Source: an uncultured Collinsella sp.
GTDB lineage: Bacteria > Actinomycetota > Coriobacteriia > Coriobacteriales > Coriobacteriaceae
Direction of reading: 5' to 3'
Assembly (NCBI GenBank): GCA_937942395.1
Contig: CALDEU010000060.1
Span: 34,699-98,698 of the forward strand
DNA: 64,000 nt
Position numbers and translations under genes: made by a program
Notes under the pieces: model-generated
Told to the model about the DNA's origin: nothing
Databases searched by the model: none
What the model saw: only the letters and a program-made list of their open reading frames with translations
Part shown: positions 1 to 9,215 of the stretch, piece after piece
Layout: the number at the start of each line of letters is the position of its first letter
Numbering within the stretch: the stretch's first letter is position 1

Positions 1-1
1 T

Positions 2-691
2 GACTATCGCGACTATATCGAGAGCTGGGTCCACGAGGCCAAGCTGCCTCTGGCGGCAGCCCATCTGATTTTGGAAAACCTGGACGGCAGCGAAGATGAC
101 CTGTCGCGCGTAGATGACCTCGGTCGCGAGCTTGCCCGCGTGGAGCGCTATATCGACCAGGCGCTCTACTATGCGCGCTCGGAGGTTGTGGAGCGCGATT
201 ACCTGATTCGTCGCTGGGACCTTAAGACCTTGGTGACGGGTGCGATTAAAGCCAACGCCCGCGAGCTCATTGCGGCGCATGTGGCCCCGGTGTGCGAGAA
301 CCTCGACTTTGAGGTCTTTACCGACGAGAAGTGGCTCGAGTTTATTCTGGGCCAGCTCATTCAGAACAGCATTAAATATGCGCGTGAGGACGGTGCGAAG
401 ATCGTGTTTTCGGGCGCGTTGTTGGACGAAGGTCTGGCAAGCGAGCGCATCGAGCTCACCGTTGCGGACAACGGCTGCGGCGTGAGCGCGGCCGACCTGC
501 CGCGCGTGTTCGAGAAGGGCTTTACCGGCGACAACGGCCGCACCACCAAGCGCGCAACGGGCATCGGCCTCTACCTGGTGGCGCGCCTGTGCTCCAAGAT
601 GGGCATCGACGTCACCGCAGCATCCGAGCCCGGCGAAGGCTTCGTCGTAACATTCGCCTTCTCGACCAACAAGTTCCAATATTTCGAGTAG
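2..691 (+). CDS. Sensor histidine kinase, C-terminal HATPase_c part. It is 5'-partial: the reading frame is open back to the window start.
   Basis: Translation carries an N-box/G-box-like motif (ADNGCGV...GIGLYLV) typical of the HK ATPase domain. No stop codon in frame from position 2. Confidence 0.8.
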   Translation, partial: DYRDYIESWVHEAKLPLAAAHLILENLDGSEDDLSRVDDLGRELARVERYIDQALYYARSEVVERDYLIRRWDLKTLVTGAIKANARELIAAHVAPVCENLDFEVFTDEKWLEFILGQLIQNSIKYAREDGAKIVFSGALLDEGLASERIELTVADNGCGVSAADLPRVFEKGFTGDNGRTTKRATGIGLYLVARLCSKMGIDVTAASEPGEGFVVTFAFSTNKFQYFE

Positions 692-717
692 TCGGGCCGT
701 CTTGCGGTGCGGACGGC

Positions 718-780
718 AATGTTCCCGAACGTGAACATAGCTAAGGCAATTGGCGCTATGTTCCCGAACGTGAATATAGC
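718..780. repeat. Two direct copies of a 22-24 bp motif AATGTTCCCGAACGTGAA(C/T)ATAGC, about 40 bp apart, each with GTTC/GAAC half-sites.
   Basis: Seen directly: 718-741 and 757-780. They lie in the convergent intergenic region between the HK and uspA. Confidence 0.6.
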
Positions 781-811
781 CGCAAGGATTTAAATGAATC
801 GCCCCATAAAA

Positions 812-848
812 AACGTGCCGCCCCAAACGGGGCGGCACGCCATCTTTT
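812..848. terminator. Bidirectional Rho-independent terminator: hairpin CGTGCCGCCCC-AAAC-GGGGCGGCACG flanked by an A-tract and a T-tract.
   Basis: Perfect 11-bp stem with flanking runs. Sits between convergent genes. Confidence 0.6.
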
Positions 849-983
849 ATCAGCCAACTCGCTGAAGTACGGTGACGAAGGCGCAAGGCCGGGAGGGGTT
901 ATCTAAGCCGACATCCCGCAGCCGCGAAGCGGCGAGGACGTCGGCGTGATAACCCCGCAGGCCTTGCGCCGGCGGGAAGGAAC

Positions 984-1421
984 CTACTTCACGACCAAAA
1001 TGTCGCAGTCCGTGTTGCGCAGCAGGAACGTCGAAATCGAACCCAGCAGCGCATACTTGATCGAGGACAGGCCGCGGGCGCCGCAGAGCACCAGGTCGGG
1101 CTTAACCACGTCGAGCATCTCGTCCTTGAGCGTCTCGCGAATGCGGCCGGCGCGAATCATGACCTCGACCTCGGGAATATCGGGATTGGCCTTGGCCTCT
1201 TCGAGCTGCTTGGCGATGGAGTTCTTAAATGCCTCCTCTAGGCCGTTGACCAGGTCGACCGGATAGGAACCGGCGCTCTCGAGCGCCGTGGAATCGATAA
1301 CGTGGCCGATGATTAGCTTGGCGCCGTTGTTCGCGGCGACCTTGATGGCGCGTGCGAGCACAAAATCCTGCTGCTCAGTACCGTCGAGTGAAACAAATAC
1401 CTTGGTGTAGCCCTCGTTCAT
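984..1421 (-). CDS. uspA: Universal stress protein (UspA family).
   Basis: 145 aa with typical Usp fold features (VDGS...GHV...G-SxG C-terminal ATP-binding motif). AAGGAGG RBS upstream of the start. Confidence 0.85.
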   Translation of the reverse strand: MNEGYTKVFVSLDGTEQQDFVLARAIKVAANNGAKLIIGHVIDSTALESAGSYPVDLVNGLEEAFKNSIAKQLEEAKANPDIPEVEVMIRAGRIRETLKDEMLDVVKPDLVLCGARGLSSIKYALLGSISTFLLRNTDCDILVVK

Positions 1422-1669
1422 GGTTTCCTCCTTGGTCTATCGCACGGGCGCGGGGCTCGTGCATCGGGCGGGCGCGGGCGCGTTGGCCGCCGGACACTTT
1501 ATCTTGTTGCAGTTATACCCAAGGATTTGGGTTTGACCGCTCGCAATTCTGTGAACGGGCGAGTTTTTTGGTAAGGGTAGGCGCAGGCGCGCCGCCAACG
1601 GTTGATAATGGGACATCGCCCGCACCGTCCGCAGAACAATATCGGCGGGTGTCTAACGAGGGGGTCCCT

Positions 1670-2650
1670 TTGGATATTATCGAGCTTCTAAAATCTGCCT
1701 TCATGGGCCTGGTCGAGGGCATCACCGAATGGCTGCCTGTTTCGTCGACCGGTCACATGATCTTGGTGGACGAGTTCGTCAAGATGAACGTGAGCGAGAC
1801 GTTCTGGAATATGTTCCTGGTCGTGATTCAGCTCGGCGCCATTCTGGCCGTCTGTGTGCTGTTCTTCCATGAGCTCAATCCGTTCTCGCCCAGCAAGGGC
1901 AAGGAGGGCCGTCGCGACACCTGGGTGCTGTGGGGCAAGATTGTGCTCGGCTGCATTCCTGCGGCGGCGATCGGTCTGCCGCTCAACGACTGGATGGAGG
2001 AGCATTTCTACAATGCTCCCGTCGTGGCGCTGGCGCTCATTGTGTACGGCGTGCTGTTTATCGTGATCGAGAACTGGCGCGCGAGCAAGCGCGAGGAAAT
2101 GGCCGTTGCCGGTTCGTTTGGTTCGCGTGCTGTGGTGTCGGGTGGACGTCCCGCCGGTGCGCACTTTGCGGCGCCTGCCGCGGCTACCGCTGAGGATGAG
2201 GGCGATGACGAGGATCTGGACTTTGGTTCCATCACCACGCTCGAGGACTTGAGTTGGAAGACCGCACTGGGCATCGGATGCTTCCAGGTGCTCTCGCTGA
2301 TTCCGGGCACGTCGCGCTCCGGTTCCACCATCATCGGCGGCCTGCTTTTGGGCTGCACGCGTTCGGTGGCGTCCAAGTTTACGTTCTTCCTGGCCATCCC
2401 TGTCATGTTTGGCGCGAGTGCGCTCAAGCTGGTCAAGTATTTCATCAAGGGCGGTACGTTCGGTGCCAACGAGGTCGCCATCCTGGGCGTGGGCTGCGTT
2501 GTGGCCTTTGTAGTTTCGCTCATCGCTATCAAGTGGCTCATGGGCTTCGTCCGCCGTCACGACTTCAAGTGCTTCGGCGTCTACCGCATCATTCTGGGCA
2601 TCGTGGTGCTTGCGTACTTCTTCGTCTTGGAGCCCATGCTCGGCCTGTAA
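1670..2650 (+). CDS. uppP: Undecaprenyl-diphosphatase UppP (BacA). Start is uncertain (TTG 1670 or ATG 1703). The upstream ORF extension from 1352 is judged non-coding.
   Basis: Hallmark GITEWLPVSSTGH motif and C-terminal SRSG/TIIGG motif. Contains an unusual ~60-aa acidic/Ala-rich insertion mid-protein. Confidence 0.85.
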   Translation: MDIIELLKSAFMGLVEGITEWLPVSSTGHMILVDEFVKMNVSETFWNMFLVVIQLGAILAVCVLFFHELNPFSPSKGKEGRRDTWVLWGKIVLGCIPAAAIGLPLNDWMEEHFYNAPVVALALIVYGVLFIVIENWRASKREEMAVAGSFGSRAVVSGGRPAGAHFAAPAAATAEDEGDDEDLDFGSITTLEDLSWKTALGIGCFQVLSLIPGTSRSGSTIIGGLLLGCTRSVASKFTFFLAIPVMFGASALKLVKYFIKGGTFGANEVAILGVGCVVAFVVSLIAIKWLMGFVRRHDFKCFGVYRIILGIVVLAYFFVLEPMLGL

Positions 2651-2904
2651 CTTGGTTGACGCTGCGCGGCGGCCAGAGCGACAACTTGTCATTCAAAGAG
2701 GGCGGCATGACCAAAAGGTCTATGCCGCCTTTTTGGTGCAATGGGGACAGGTTACTTTGCGCCAAATCCGCTGGGGCGGGCCTGACGGCGGCGCACGGAG
2801 TCGTGGTGTGATTTGCGTCGGTGTCCGCGCGGCTCGGTATACTGGTACGGCTCAAACTATGGCGCTGCCCGCAGGCGCGCCGTCCGTCAGATGAGGAGTC
2901 GCCC

Positions 2905-5805
2905 ATGACCCAGCCCTTGCCCTGGGAAAAGAATGCCGCGGTACCCGTGCCGCCCGTGCCGGAACCCGTGCCGCTCGATGCATACGCTGCCCCCGCCGCG
3001 CCGGAGCCCGAGCTCGTCCCGCTCGACATCTACGACGCTCCCGCACCGGCACCCAAGCCCGCCAAGCCGCTTGTCGACATCGACAGTCTTAATCCCGCCC
3101 AGCGCGAGGCGGTCCTGACCACCGAGGGTCCGCTGCTGGTCCTTGCCGGTGCTGGCTCGGGTAAGACCCGCGTCCTGACCTTCCGCATCGCCCACATGCT
3201 CGGCGACCTGGGTGTTAAGCCCTGGCAGATCCTTGCCATCACGTTTACCAACAAGGCCGCGGCCGAGATGCGCGAGCGTCTGGCGGCACTCATCCCCAGC
3301 GGTACCCGCGGCATGTGGGTGTGCACCTTCCACGCCATGTGCGTGCGCATGCTGCGCGAGGACGCCGACCTGCTGGGCTACACCGGTCAGTTCACCATCT
3401 ACGATGACGATGACTCAAAGCGCATGGTGCGTGACATTATGCAGGCGCTCGGTATCGAGCAAAAGCAGTTCCCCATCAACATGATCCGCAGCAAGATCAG
3501 CTCGGCAAAAAACGCCATGATCGGGCCCGAGGACATGCTCAAATCCGCCGACAGCCCTAATGACAAAAAGGCTGCGCAGGTCTACCTGGAGCTGGAGCGC
3601 CGCCTGCGCGCCGCCAACGCGATGGACTTCGACGATCTGCTCGTGCGCACGCTCGAGCTGCTGCGCACCCGCCCCGAGGTGCTCGACAAGTACCAGGAGC
3701 GCTTCCGCTACATTAGCGTCGACGAGTATCAGGACACCAACCACGTCCAGTACGAGATCGCCAACCTGCTGGCCGCCAAGTACCAAAACCTCATGGTCGT
3801 AGGCGACGATGACCAGTCCATTTACAGCTGGCGCGGCGCCGACATCACCAACATCCTGGACTTTGAGAAGGACTTTAAAAACTGCAAGACCGTTAAGCTG
3901 GAGCAGAACTACCGCTCCACGGGCCATATCCTGAGCGCCGCCAACGCCGTGGTGCGTCACAACTCGCAGCGCAAGGACAAGCGCCTGTTTACGGCCGAGG
4001 GCGACGGCGAGAAGATCCAGGCCTTCCAGGCAAGCGATGAGCGCGACGAGGGCCGCTGGATTGCCGGCGAGATCGAAAAACTGCATGCCAAAGGCACGAG
4101 CTACGACGATATCGCCGTGTTCTACCGCACCAACGCGCAGTCGCGTATCCTCGAAGATATGTTCCTGCGCGCGGGCGTGCCCTACAAGATCGTGGGTGGC
4201 ACGCGATTCTTCGACCGTGCCGAGATCCGCGACGTCATGGCCTACCTCAAGATGATTGTGAACCCGGCCGACGAGATGAGCGTCAAGCGCGTCATCAACA
4301 CACCGCGCCGCGGCATCGGCTCCACCTCGATCCAAAAGATCGAGCGGCTGGCGCGCGACAACCGTTGCTCGTTCTTCCAGGCCTGCGAGATCGCAACAGC
4401 CGAGACGGGCATGTTTAGCGCCAAGGTGCGCAATGGCCTGTCGAGCTTTGTGTCGCTGGTGCGCGAGGGTCGCCGCATGGACGGCGAGCTCAAGGACGTT
4501 GTCGAGATGATCGTCGATAAGACGGGCCTGCTGCAGGCTTTCCGCGCCGAGGGCACCATGGAGTCCGAGAGCCGCGCCGAGAACATCCAGGAATTCCTGG
4601 GTGTCGCTGCCGAATTTGAGGAGACGCACGAGGATATCGAAGGTACGCTCGAGAGCTTGGAAGAGCTGCGCGCTGCCGGTGTTGCCGATGTGCCTGTCAG
4701 CGCCGAGCCCGAGTCCGTCGTGGTGAGCGCGCCCGCGCCCGAACCGGGGCCATCTGCCCCGGCATCCTCGTTTGAGGCGCTCGTCGGCGCGCGCGATGCC
4801 GCGGGCTCCAATCCGCTCGATAGCTTGGCCGCTCCGGCGCTGTCTCCGCAGGATGCCCTGGCCGCCGCCATCGCGGGCAACGCGTATGCCGCGCCGACGG
4901 AGATGCCGGCGGGTGCCGTGCATGCCGACGAGATCGAGCGCACCTACGGTCCGCTCACCTGTAAGGCGCTGCCGGCGCTCATGGAGTGGCTGGCCCTGCG
5001 CTCCGACTTGGATTCCCTGGCCGGCGAGACGCATGCCATTACCATGATGACCATCCACTCCGCCAAGGGCCTGGAGTTCCCGGCGGTGTTCGTGGCCGGC
5101 ATGGAGGAGGGTATCTTCCCGCACGTGCACGACTTTGGCGGTAGTGACGATCCGGGCAAGCTCGAGGAGGAGCGTCGCTTGGCCTACGTCGCCATCACGC
5201 GTGCTCGCAAGCGCCTGTTCCTGACCTATGCGGCCACGCGTCGCACCTACGGCTCGACCTCTGCCAACCCGCGCTCGCGCTTCCTCAACGAGATTCCGTT
5301 TGAGGATATCGAGTTTAGCGGCATCGGTTCTGCCGGTTTTGAGGGCACGGGCTGGGAGAAGCGCGGCGACCGTCACGGCACCTTTGGCTCGGGCATGGGC
5401 TCGGATATGTACGGCGGCAAGGTGTTTGGCTCGCATACGCGCTCGACCGGCGGTTCCGGTTCGCGCGGCGGATCGAGCTTTGACGATTTCTTTGGTGGCA
5501 GCAGCTACGGGACCGAACGCCATCGTGGGGTCTCGCCCGACGCCGGCCGTGTTGCCTCGACCTTTGGCTCGGGCGCGCCGCGAGCCAAAAAGCCGTCGTC
5601 CAAGGTGTCCCCGACGGTGGAACGCAAGGTCGATCGCGCCAGCGCATCGCAGGACTTTGCCGCGGGCGATACCGTGAGCCATAAGACCTTTGGCACGGGT
5701 ACCGTGATCTCGGTCGCCGGAGACATGATCGAGGTTCAATTCGAGAAGACCGGCCAGACCAAAAAGTTGATGAAGGGCTTTGCACCGATCGTTAAACTGT
5801 CGTAA
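2905..5805 (+). CDS. pcrA: ATP-dependent DNA helicase PcrA/UvrD (superfamily 1) with a long low-complexity linker and a C-terminal Tudor-like domain.
   Basis: Walker A (AGAGSGKT), helicase motifs II-VI, and a C-terminal DFAAGDTVSHKTFGTGTV...IEVQF motif typical of PcrA. Confidence 0.9.
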   Translation: MTQPLPWEKNAAVPVPPVPEPVPLDAYAAPAAPEPELVPLDIYDAPAPAPKPAKPLVDIDSLNPAQREAVLTTEGPLLVLAGAGSGKTRVLTFRIAHMLGDLGVKPWQILAITFTNKAAAEMRERLAALIPSGTRGMWVCTFHAMCVRMLREDADLLGYTGQFTIYDDDDSKRMVRDIMQALGIEQKQFPINMIRSKISSAKNAMIGPEDMLKSADSPNDKKAAQVYLELERRLRAANAMDFDDLLVRTLELLRTRPEVLDKYQERFRYISVDEYQDTNHVQYEIANLLAAKYQNLMVVGDDDQSIYSWRGADITNILDFEKDFKNCKTVKLEQNYRSTGHILSAANAVVRHNSQRKDKRLFTAEGDGEKIQAFQASDERDEGRWIAGEIEKLHAKGTSYDDIAVFYRTNAQSRILEDMFLRAGVPYKIVGGTRFFDRAEIRDVMAYLKMIVNPADEMSVKRVINTPRRGIGSTSIQKIERLARDNRCSFFQACEIATAETGMFSAKVRNGLSSFVSLVREGRRMDGELKDVVEMIVDKTGLLQAFRAEGTMESESRAENIQEFLGVAAEFEETHEDIEGTLESLEELRAAGVADVPVSAEPESVVVSAPAPEPGPSAPASSFEALVGARDAAGSNPLDSLAAPALSPQDALAAAIAGNAYAAPTEMPAGAVHADEIERTYGPLTCKALPALMEWLALRSDLDSLAGETHAITMMTIHSAKGLEFPAVFVAGMEEGIFPHVHDFGGSDDPGKLEEERRLAYVAITRARKRLFLTYAATRRTYGSTSANPRSRFLNEIPFEDIEFSGIGSAGFEGTGWEKRGDRHGTFGSGMGSDMYGGKVFGSHTRSTGGSGSRGGSSFDDFFGGSSYGTERHRGVSPDAGRVASTFGSGAPRAKKPSSKVSPTVERKVDRASASQDFAAGDTVSHKTFGTGTVISVAGDMIEVQFEKTGQTKKLMKGFAPIVKLS

Positions 5806-5811
5806 TCCCGG

Positions 5812-5942
5812 CGGACCTGGGCGGGCGTATGGGGCAACATCGCCTGCTCGGGCAGTCCTGCGCAAGACGGAGGCCACATTAAGTGGCCTCCTTTGCGTGC
5901 GGAACTCGCGATCGATGTTGCCCCATACGCCCGCCCAGGTCC
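5812..5942. repeat. 30-bp perfect inverted repeat (5812-5841 / 5913-5942) enclosing an inner terminator-like hairpin (5868-5890, followed by a T-tract).
   Basis: Seen directly. The outer arms are exact reverse complements. Confidence 0.6.
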
Positions 5943-6086
5943 TTAGTTAAGGTTGCTTGCGAACATCGCTTTGCTCGTTCGCTTTTTGATCTGGAGAGCC
6001 GGGTGGGCTGATAGATAGATATGAGTAGGGGCTCTCCCGTACATGGACGGGAGAGCCCCTTGTTTCGTTTGGGTTGTTGGTGCGAC

Positions 6087-7025
6087 CTAGAGGTGCGAGA
6101 CGATCAGTTCCATCTTGCCCTCGAGCTCGATCTGGTCCACGGTGCTCGGGGCCAGCAGGTGGCTTCCCTTGTGGACGGGGTCGCCGCAGACGGTGCCTTC
6201 GCCGTCGATGACCGACAGGCACATGAAGGGCCAGCGCTGGTCGAGGGTCTTGCTGCCGTCGACACGCACGCGATCAACGGTGTAGCAGGGGTTGGACTCG
6301 AGCTCGGTCACGCCGTCCACCTCGGGCGCGGTCACGGTACCGTCGACCGGGGCCTGGACGTCAAAGTCGATGCAGTCGAGGCTCTGCTCAATGTGCAGGG
6401 GACGCAGCTTGCCATCGGTGCCGGGACGGTCGTAGTCGTACAGACGATACGTCACATCGCTCGACTGCTGCGTCTCCAAAATGAGCGTGCCGGTCTTGAT
6501 GGCGTGCACGGTACCGGAATCAATCTGGAAAAAGTCGCCCTTGTGGATCGGTAGCACGTTGAGCATGTCGTCCCAACGGCCCTCCTCGATCATCTGTGCG
6601 GCCTCGGCGCGATCATGCGCGCGCTGGCCGACGATGATCGTGGCACCGGGTTCGCAGTCCAGCACGTACCAGCACTCGGTTTTGCCCAGGCTGCCGTTCT
6701 CGTGCTTGGCGGCGTACTCGTCGTTGGGATGAATCTGGATCGAAAGGTCGTCCTTGGCGTCCAGAATCTTAATGAGCAGCGGGAACTCCTTGCCCTCGCA
6801 GTTGCCAAAGAGCTCGCGGTGCTCGGCCCACAGCCACGACAGCGTGTGGCCTGCATACGGGCCCTCCGCAATCTGGCAGTCGCCGTTGGGGTGGGCCGAG
6901 ATGGCCCAGCACTCACCGATGGGACCTTCGGGAATGTCGTAACCAAATACGGTTTCGAGCTGGCGGCCACCCCAGATCTTCTCGTGGAAGATCGGCGTCA
7001 GTTTAATCAAATCGGACATATTCAT
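6087..7025 (-). CDS. manA: Mannose-6-phosphate isomerase, class I (Bacillus type).
   Basis: N-terminus (IFHEKIWGG) and cupin metal-site motifs typical of type I PMI. Confidence 0.85.
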   Translation of the reverse strand: MNMSDLIKLTPIFHEKIWGGRQLETVFGYDIPEGPIGECWAISAHPNGDCQIAEGPYAGHTLSWLWAEHRELFGNCEGKEFPLLIKILDAKDDLSIQIHPNDEYAAKHENGSLGKTECWYVLDCEPGATIIVGQRAHDRAEAAQMIEEGRWDDMLNVLPIHKGDFFQIDSGTVHAIKTGTLILETQQSSDVTYRLYDYDRPGTDGKLRPLHIEQSLDCIDFDVQAPVDGTVTAPEVDGVTELESNPCYTVDRVRVDGSKTLDQRWPFMCLSVIDGEGTVCGDPVHKGSHLLAPSTVDQIELEGKMELIVSHL

Positions 7026-7093
7026 ACCCCCATTATGTTGCGCGGGCGTTGCACAAAACAGCTCAAAACGAGCGCCCGCGTGACTACAAAAAC

Positions 7094-7813
7094 CTATGCC
7101 AACGTTACGTTGTGCAACTCAAAGCGGTCGCCAACGTTGCGCGAGACCGAATACTCAAAGGCGGCGCCGCTGTCCAAAAAGCCAATCTGGTTGAGCTCGA
7201 GCAGGGGAGAGCCAGGTTTGGTGTCCAGGCGCTCAGCCTCTTCCTCGGTTGCTGCCACGGCGCGAATGGTACGGTGGAAGCTCGAAATCTTCAGCCCGCA
7301 TTGCTCTCGGATGAAGCGGTAGAGCGATCCGTACAGGTCCTTCTTTTTCAGCCCCGGAATCAGCTCGAGGGGCATGTATGTGTACTCGATAACGATGGGC
7401 TTCTCATCGGCCTGACGCACGCGCACGACGTGATAGGCAAAGTCATCCTCGGCAATTCTCAGCTGGGCTGCGATGTCCGCTGGTGGATTAACGATCGAGA
7501 AATCGTAGACCACCGAGGTCACCTTCTCCCCGCGGTGCTCATATGAAAAGCCCTGGGCACGGTCGTTTTTGCCCTGGAAAAACGCCTGACCGGGAAGTCC
7601 CGCCGTGTCCTTAACATAGGTACCCGATCCGCGTCGGCTGGTAATAAGACCTTCCTCGGTGATTTGTTCAATAGCTCGTTTGACGGTGATTTTGGAAACG
7701 TTATAGAGCTTGCAGAACTCAACGACGGTAGGAAGCTTGTCGCCCGGTTTAAGAGCGCCATCCTCGATAGTGCGACGAATATCTGCAGCTATCGCCTCGT
7801 ATTTGGGAATCAT
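7094..7813 (-). CDS. GntR/HutC-family transcriptional regulator: winged HTH plus UTRA effector domain.
   Basis: N-terminal HTH (LPTVVEFCKLYNVSKITVKRAI) and C-terminal UTRA-like domain. Sits between manA and glcK. Confidence 0.85.
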   Translation of the reverse strand: MIPKYEAIAADIRRTIEDGALKPGDKLPTVVEFCKLYNVSKITVKRAIEQITEEGLITSRRGSGTYVKDTAGLPGQAFFQGKNDRAQGFSYEHRGEKVTSVVYDFSIVNPPADIAAQLRIAEDDFAYHVVRVRQADEKPIVIEYTYMPLELIPGLKKKDLYGSLYRFIREQCGLKISSFHRTIRAVAATEEEAERLDTKPGSPLLELNQIGFLDSGAAFEYSVSRNVGDRFELHNVTLA

Positions 7814-8095
7814 GGAACCTCCTTTCCAACTTGATTGAGTATAAAAGAAAGTATAGTCAACACCTAAGTATCCCTATTGAGTTATTGAAAAGTTCGAGAA
7901 AGATATAATTAAAAGTCGCTTTGCATATAAATTAGAGCGCTCTAAATAGATAAACATCTGAGTAATGTCGTGTTAAGCGGTCATTCGCGTTTTCCCAGAT
8001 AAAACCTGCCAAAACAAACCTGTCCCTTTTTGGTAGGTTTTTGCCTTGGGAGCGGTACCATACAGGCAATGTTTAAACGAGAAAGGTGGGCTCCC

Positions 8096-9049
8096 ATGGA
8101 ACCTAAGCAGTATTACATCGGCATTGACGTCGGCGGCACTTCGGTCAAGGAGGGCCTGTTCGACGAAGACGGTAACCTGCTTGCCAAGGCCAGCGTGCCT
8201 ACGCCTCCTATCGTTGACGCTGCGGGCTTTGCCGCGGTGACCGAGGCTATCGACCAGGTGGTCGCCAAGGCGCAGATTCCGCGCGCCTTTGTGGCAGGCA
8301 TTGGCCTGGCCGTTCCGTGCCCCATTCCGGCGTCGGGCGATGCCAAGGTCAAGGCCAACATTGCCATTAACCTGCCCAAGCTGAGGATCGCCATTCAGGA
8401 GCACTGCCCCGACGCGGTCGTTAAGTACGAGAACGATGCCAACGCCGCTGCCATGGGCGAGGCCTGGCTCGGTTCTGCCAAGGGCGTACAGAACGTGGTG
8501 ATGGTCACCATTGGCACCGGCGTGGGCGGCGGCGTTATCGTTAACGGCGACGTGGTGTCGGGCGTTGTGGGTGCTGGCGGCGAGATTGGCCACATGTGCC
8601 TGAACCCGGCTGAGGAGCGCACCTGCGGCTGTGGCGGCCATGGCCACCTGGAGCAGTATTCCAGTGCCACCGGCGTGGTGAGCAACTACCTTGCCGAGTG
8701 CAAGAAAGCGGGCGTCGAGCCCATCGAGCTCACCGGCCCCTCCGATTCCAAGGACGTGTTCCAGGCCTGCCGCGAGGGCGACAAGCTCGCGCTGGCCGCG
8801 GCCGACACCATGGCCGACTATCTCGGCCGTGCCCTGGCGCTTATTGCCAACGTGGTCGACCCCGAGATGTTCCTGATCGGTGGCGGCGCGTCCGCTTCGG
8901 CCGATGTCTACCTCGACAAGGTCCGCGAGCACTTTAAGCAATACGCGCTTTCCGCCTCGCGCGAGACGCCCATTAAGGTCGCTTCGCTCGGAAACGACGC
9001 CGGCATCATCGGTGCCGCCTACGTAGCCCTGCGCGCCGCCGGTAAATAG
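8096..9049 (+). CDS. glcK: ROK-family glucokinase.
   Basis: IGIDVGGT N-terminal motif and the ROK zinc motif (GHMCL...CGCGGHGHLE). RBS upstream of ATG 8096. Confidence 0.8.
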   Translation: MEPKQYYIGIDVGGTSVKEGLFDEDGNLLAKASVPTPPIVDAAGFAAVTEAIDQVVAKAQIPRAFVAGIGLAVPCPIPASGDAKVKANIAINLPKLRIAIQEHCPDAVVKYENDANAAAMGEAWLGSAKGVQNVVMVTIGTGVGGGVIVNGDVVSGVVGAGGEIGHMCLNPAEERTCGCGGHGHLEQYSSATGVVSNYLAECKKAGVEPIELTGPSDSKDVFQACREGDKLALAAADTMADYLGRALALIANVVDPEMFLIGGGASASADVYLDKVREHFKQYALSASRETPIKVASLGNDAGIIGAAYVALRAAGK

Positions 9050-9215
9050 TCGGTGCAAGGGGGTCAGGTTACTTTGCACCAACATGGTGCAAAAGGGACA
9101 GCCTTGGCCCCCTTGTCTGCCCCAAAATATGCCGCGGCCCTTCCGTCTGCGAGGGCTCGGCATCGGCGTGCTACCATAGCTACGTCCAAGTACACATATC
9201 AAGTGGAGGATATCC

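Noticed and set aside
1352-1669. N-terminal 100-aa extension of the uppP ORF starting at 1352.
   Set aside because: The extension is Arg/Pro/Cys-rich nonsense. It overlaps the divergent uspA start and promoter region. The conserved UppP N-terminus begins near 1670/1703.
3415-5877. 820-aa ORF antisense to pcrA, and similar long antisense or alternative-frame ORFs (e.g. 9180-11312, 17505-19538, 22792-23700, 24039-25742, 31436-32611, 32608-34470, 39824-40903, 42018-43175, 58317-59885).
   Set aside because: Typical stop-codon-poor antisense frames in high-GC DNA. Their products are low-complexity Arg/Ala/Gly-rich, they lack RBSs, and they overlap well-supported conserved genes.
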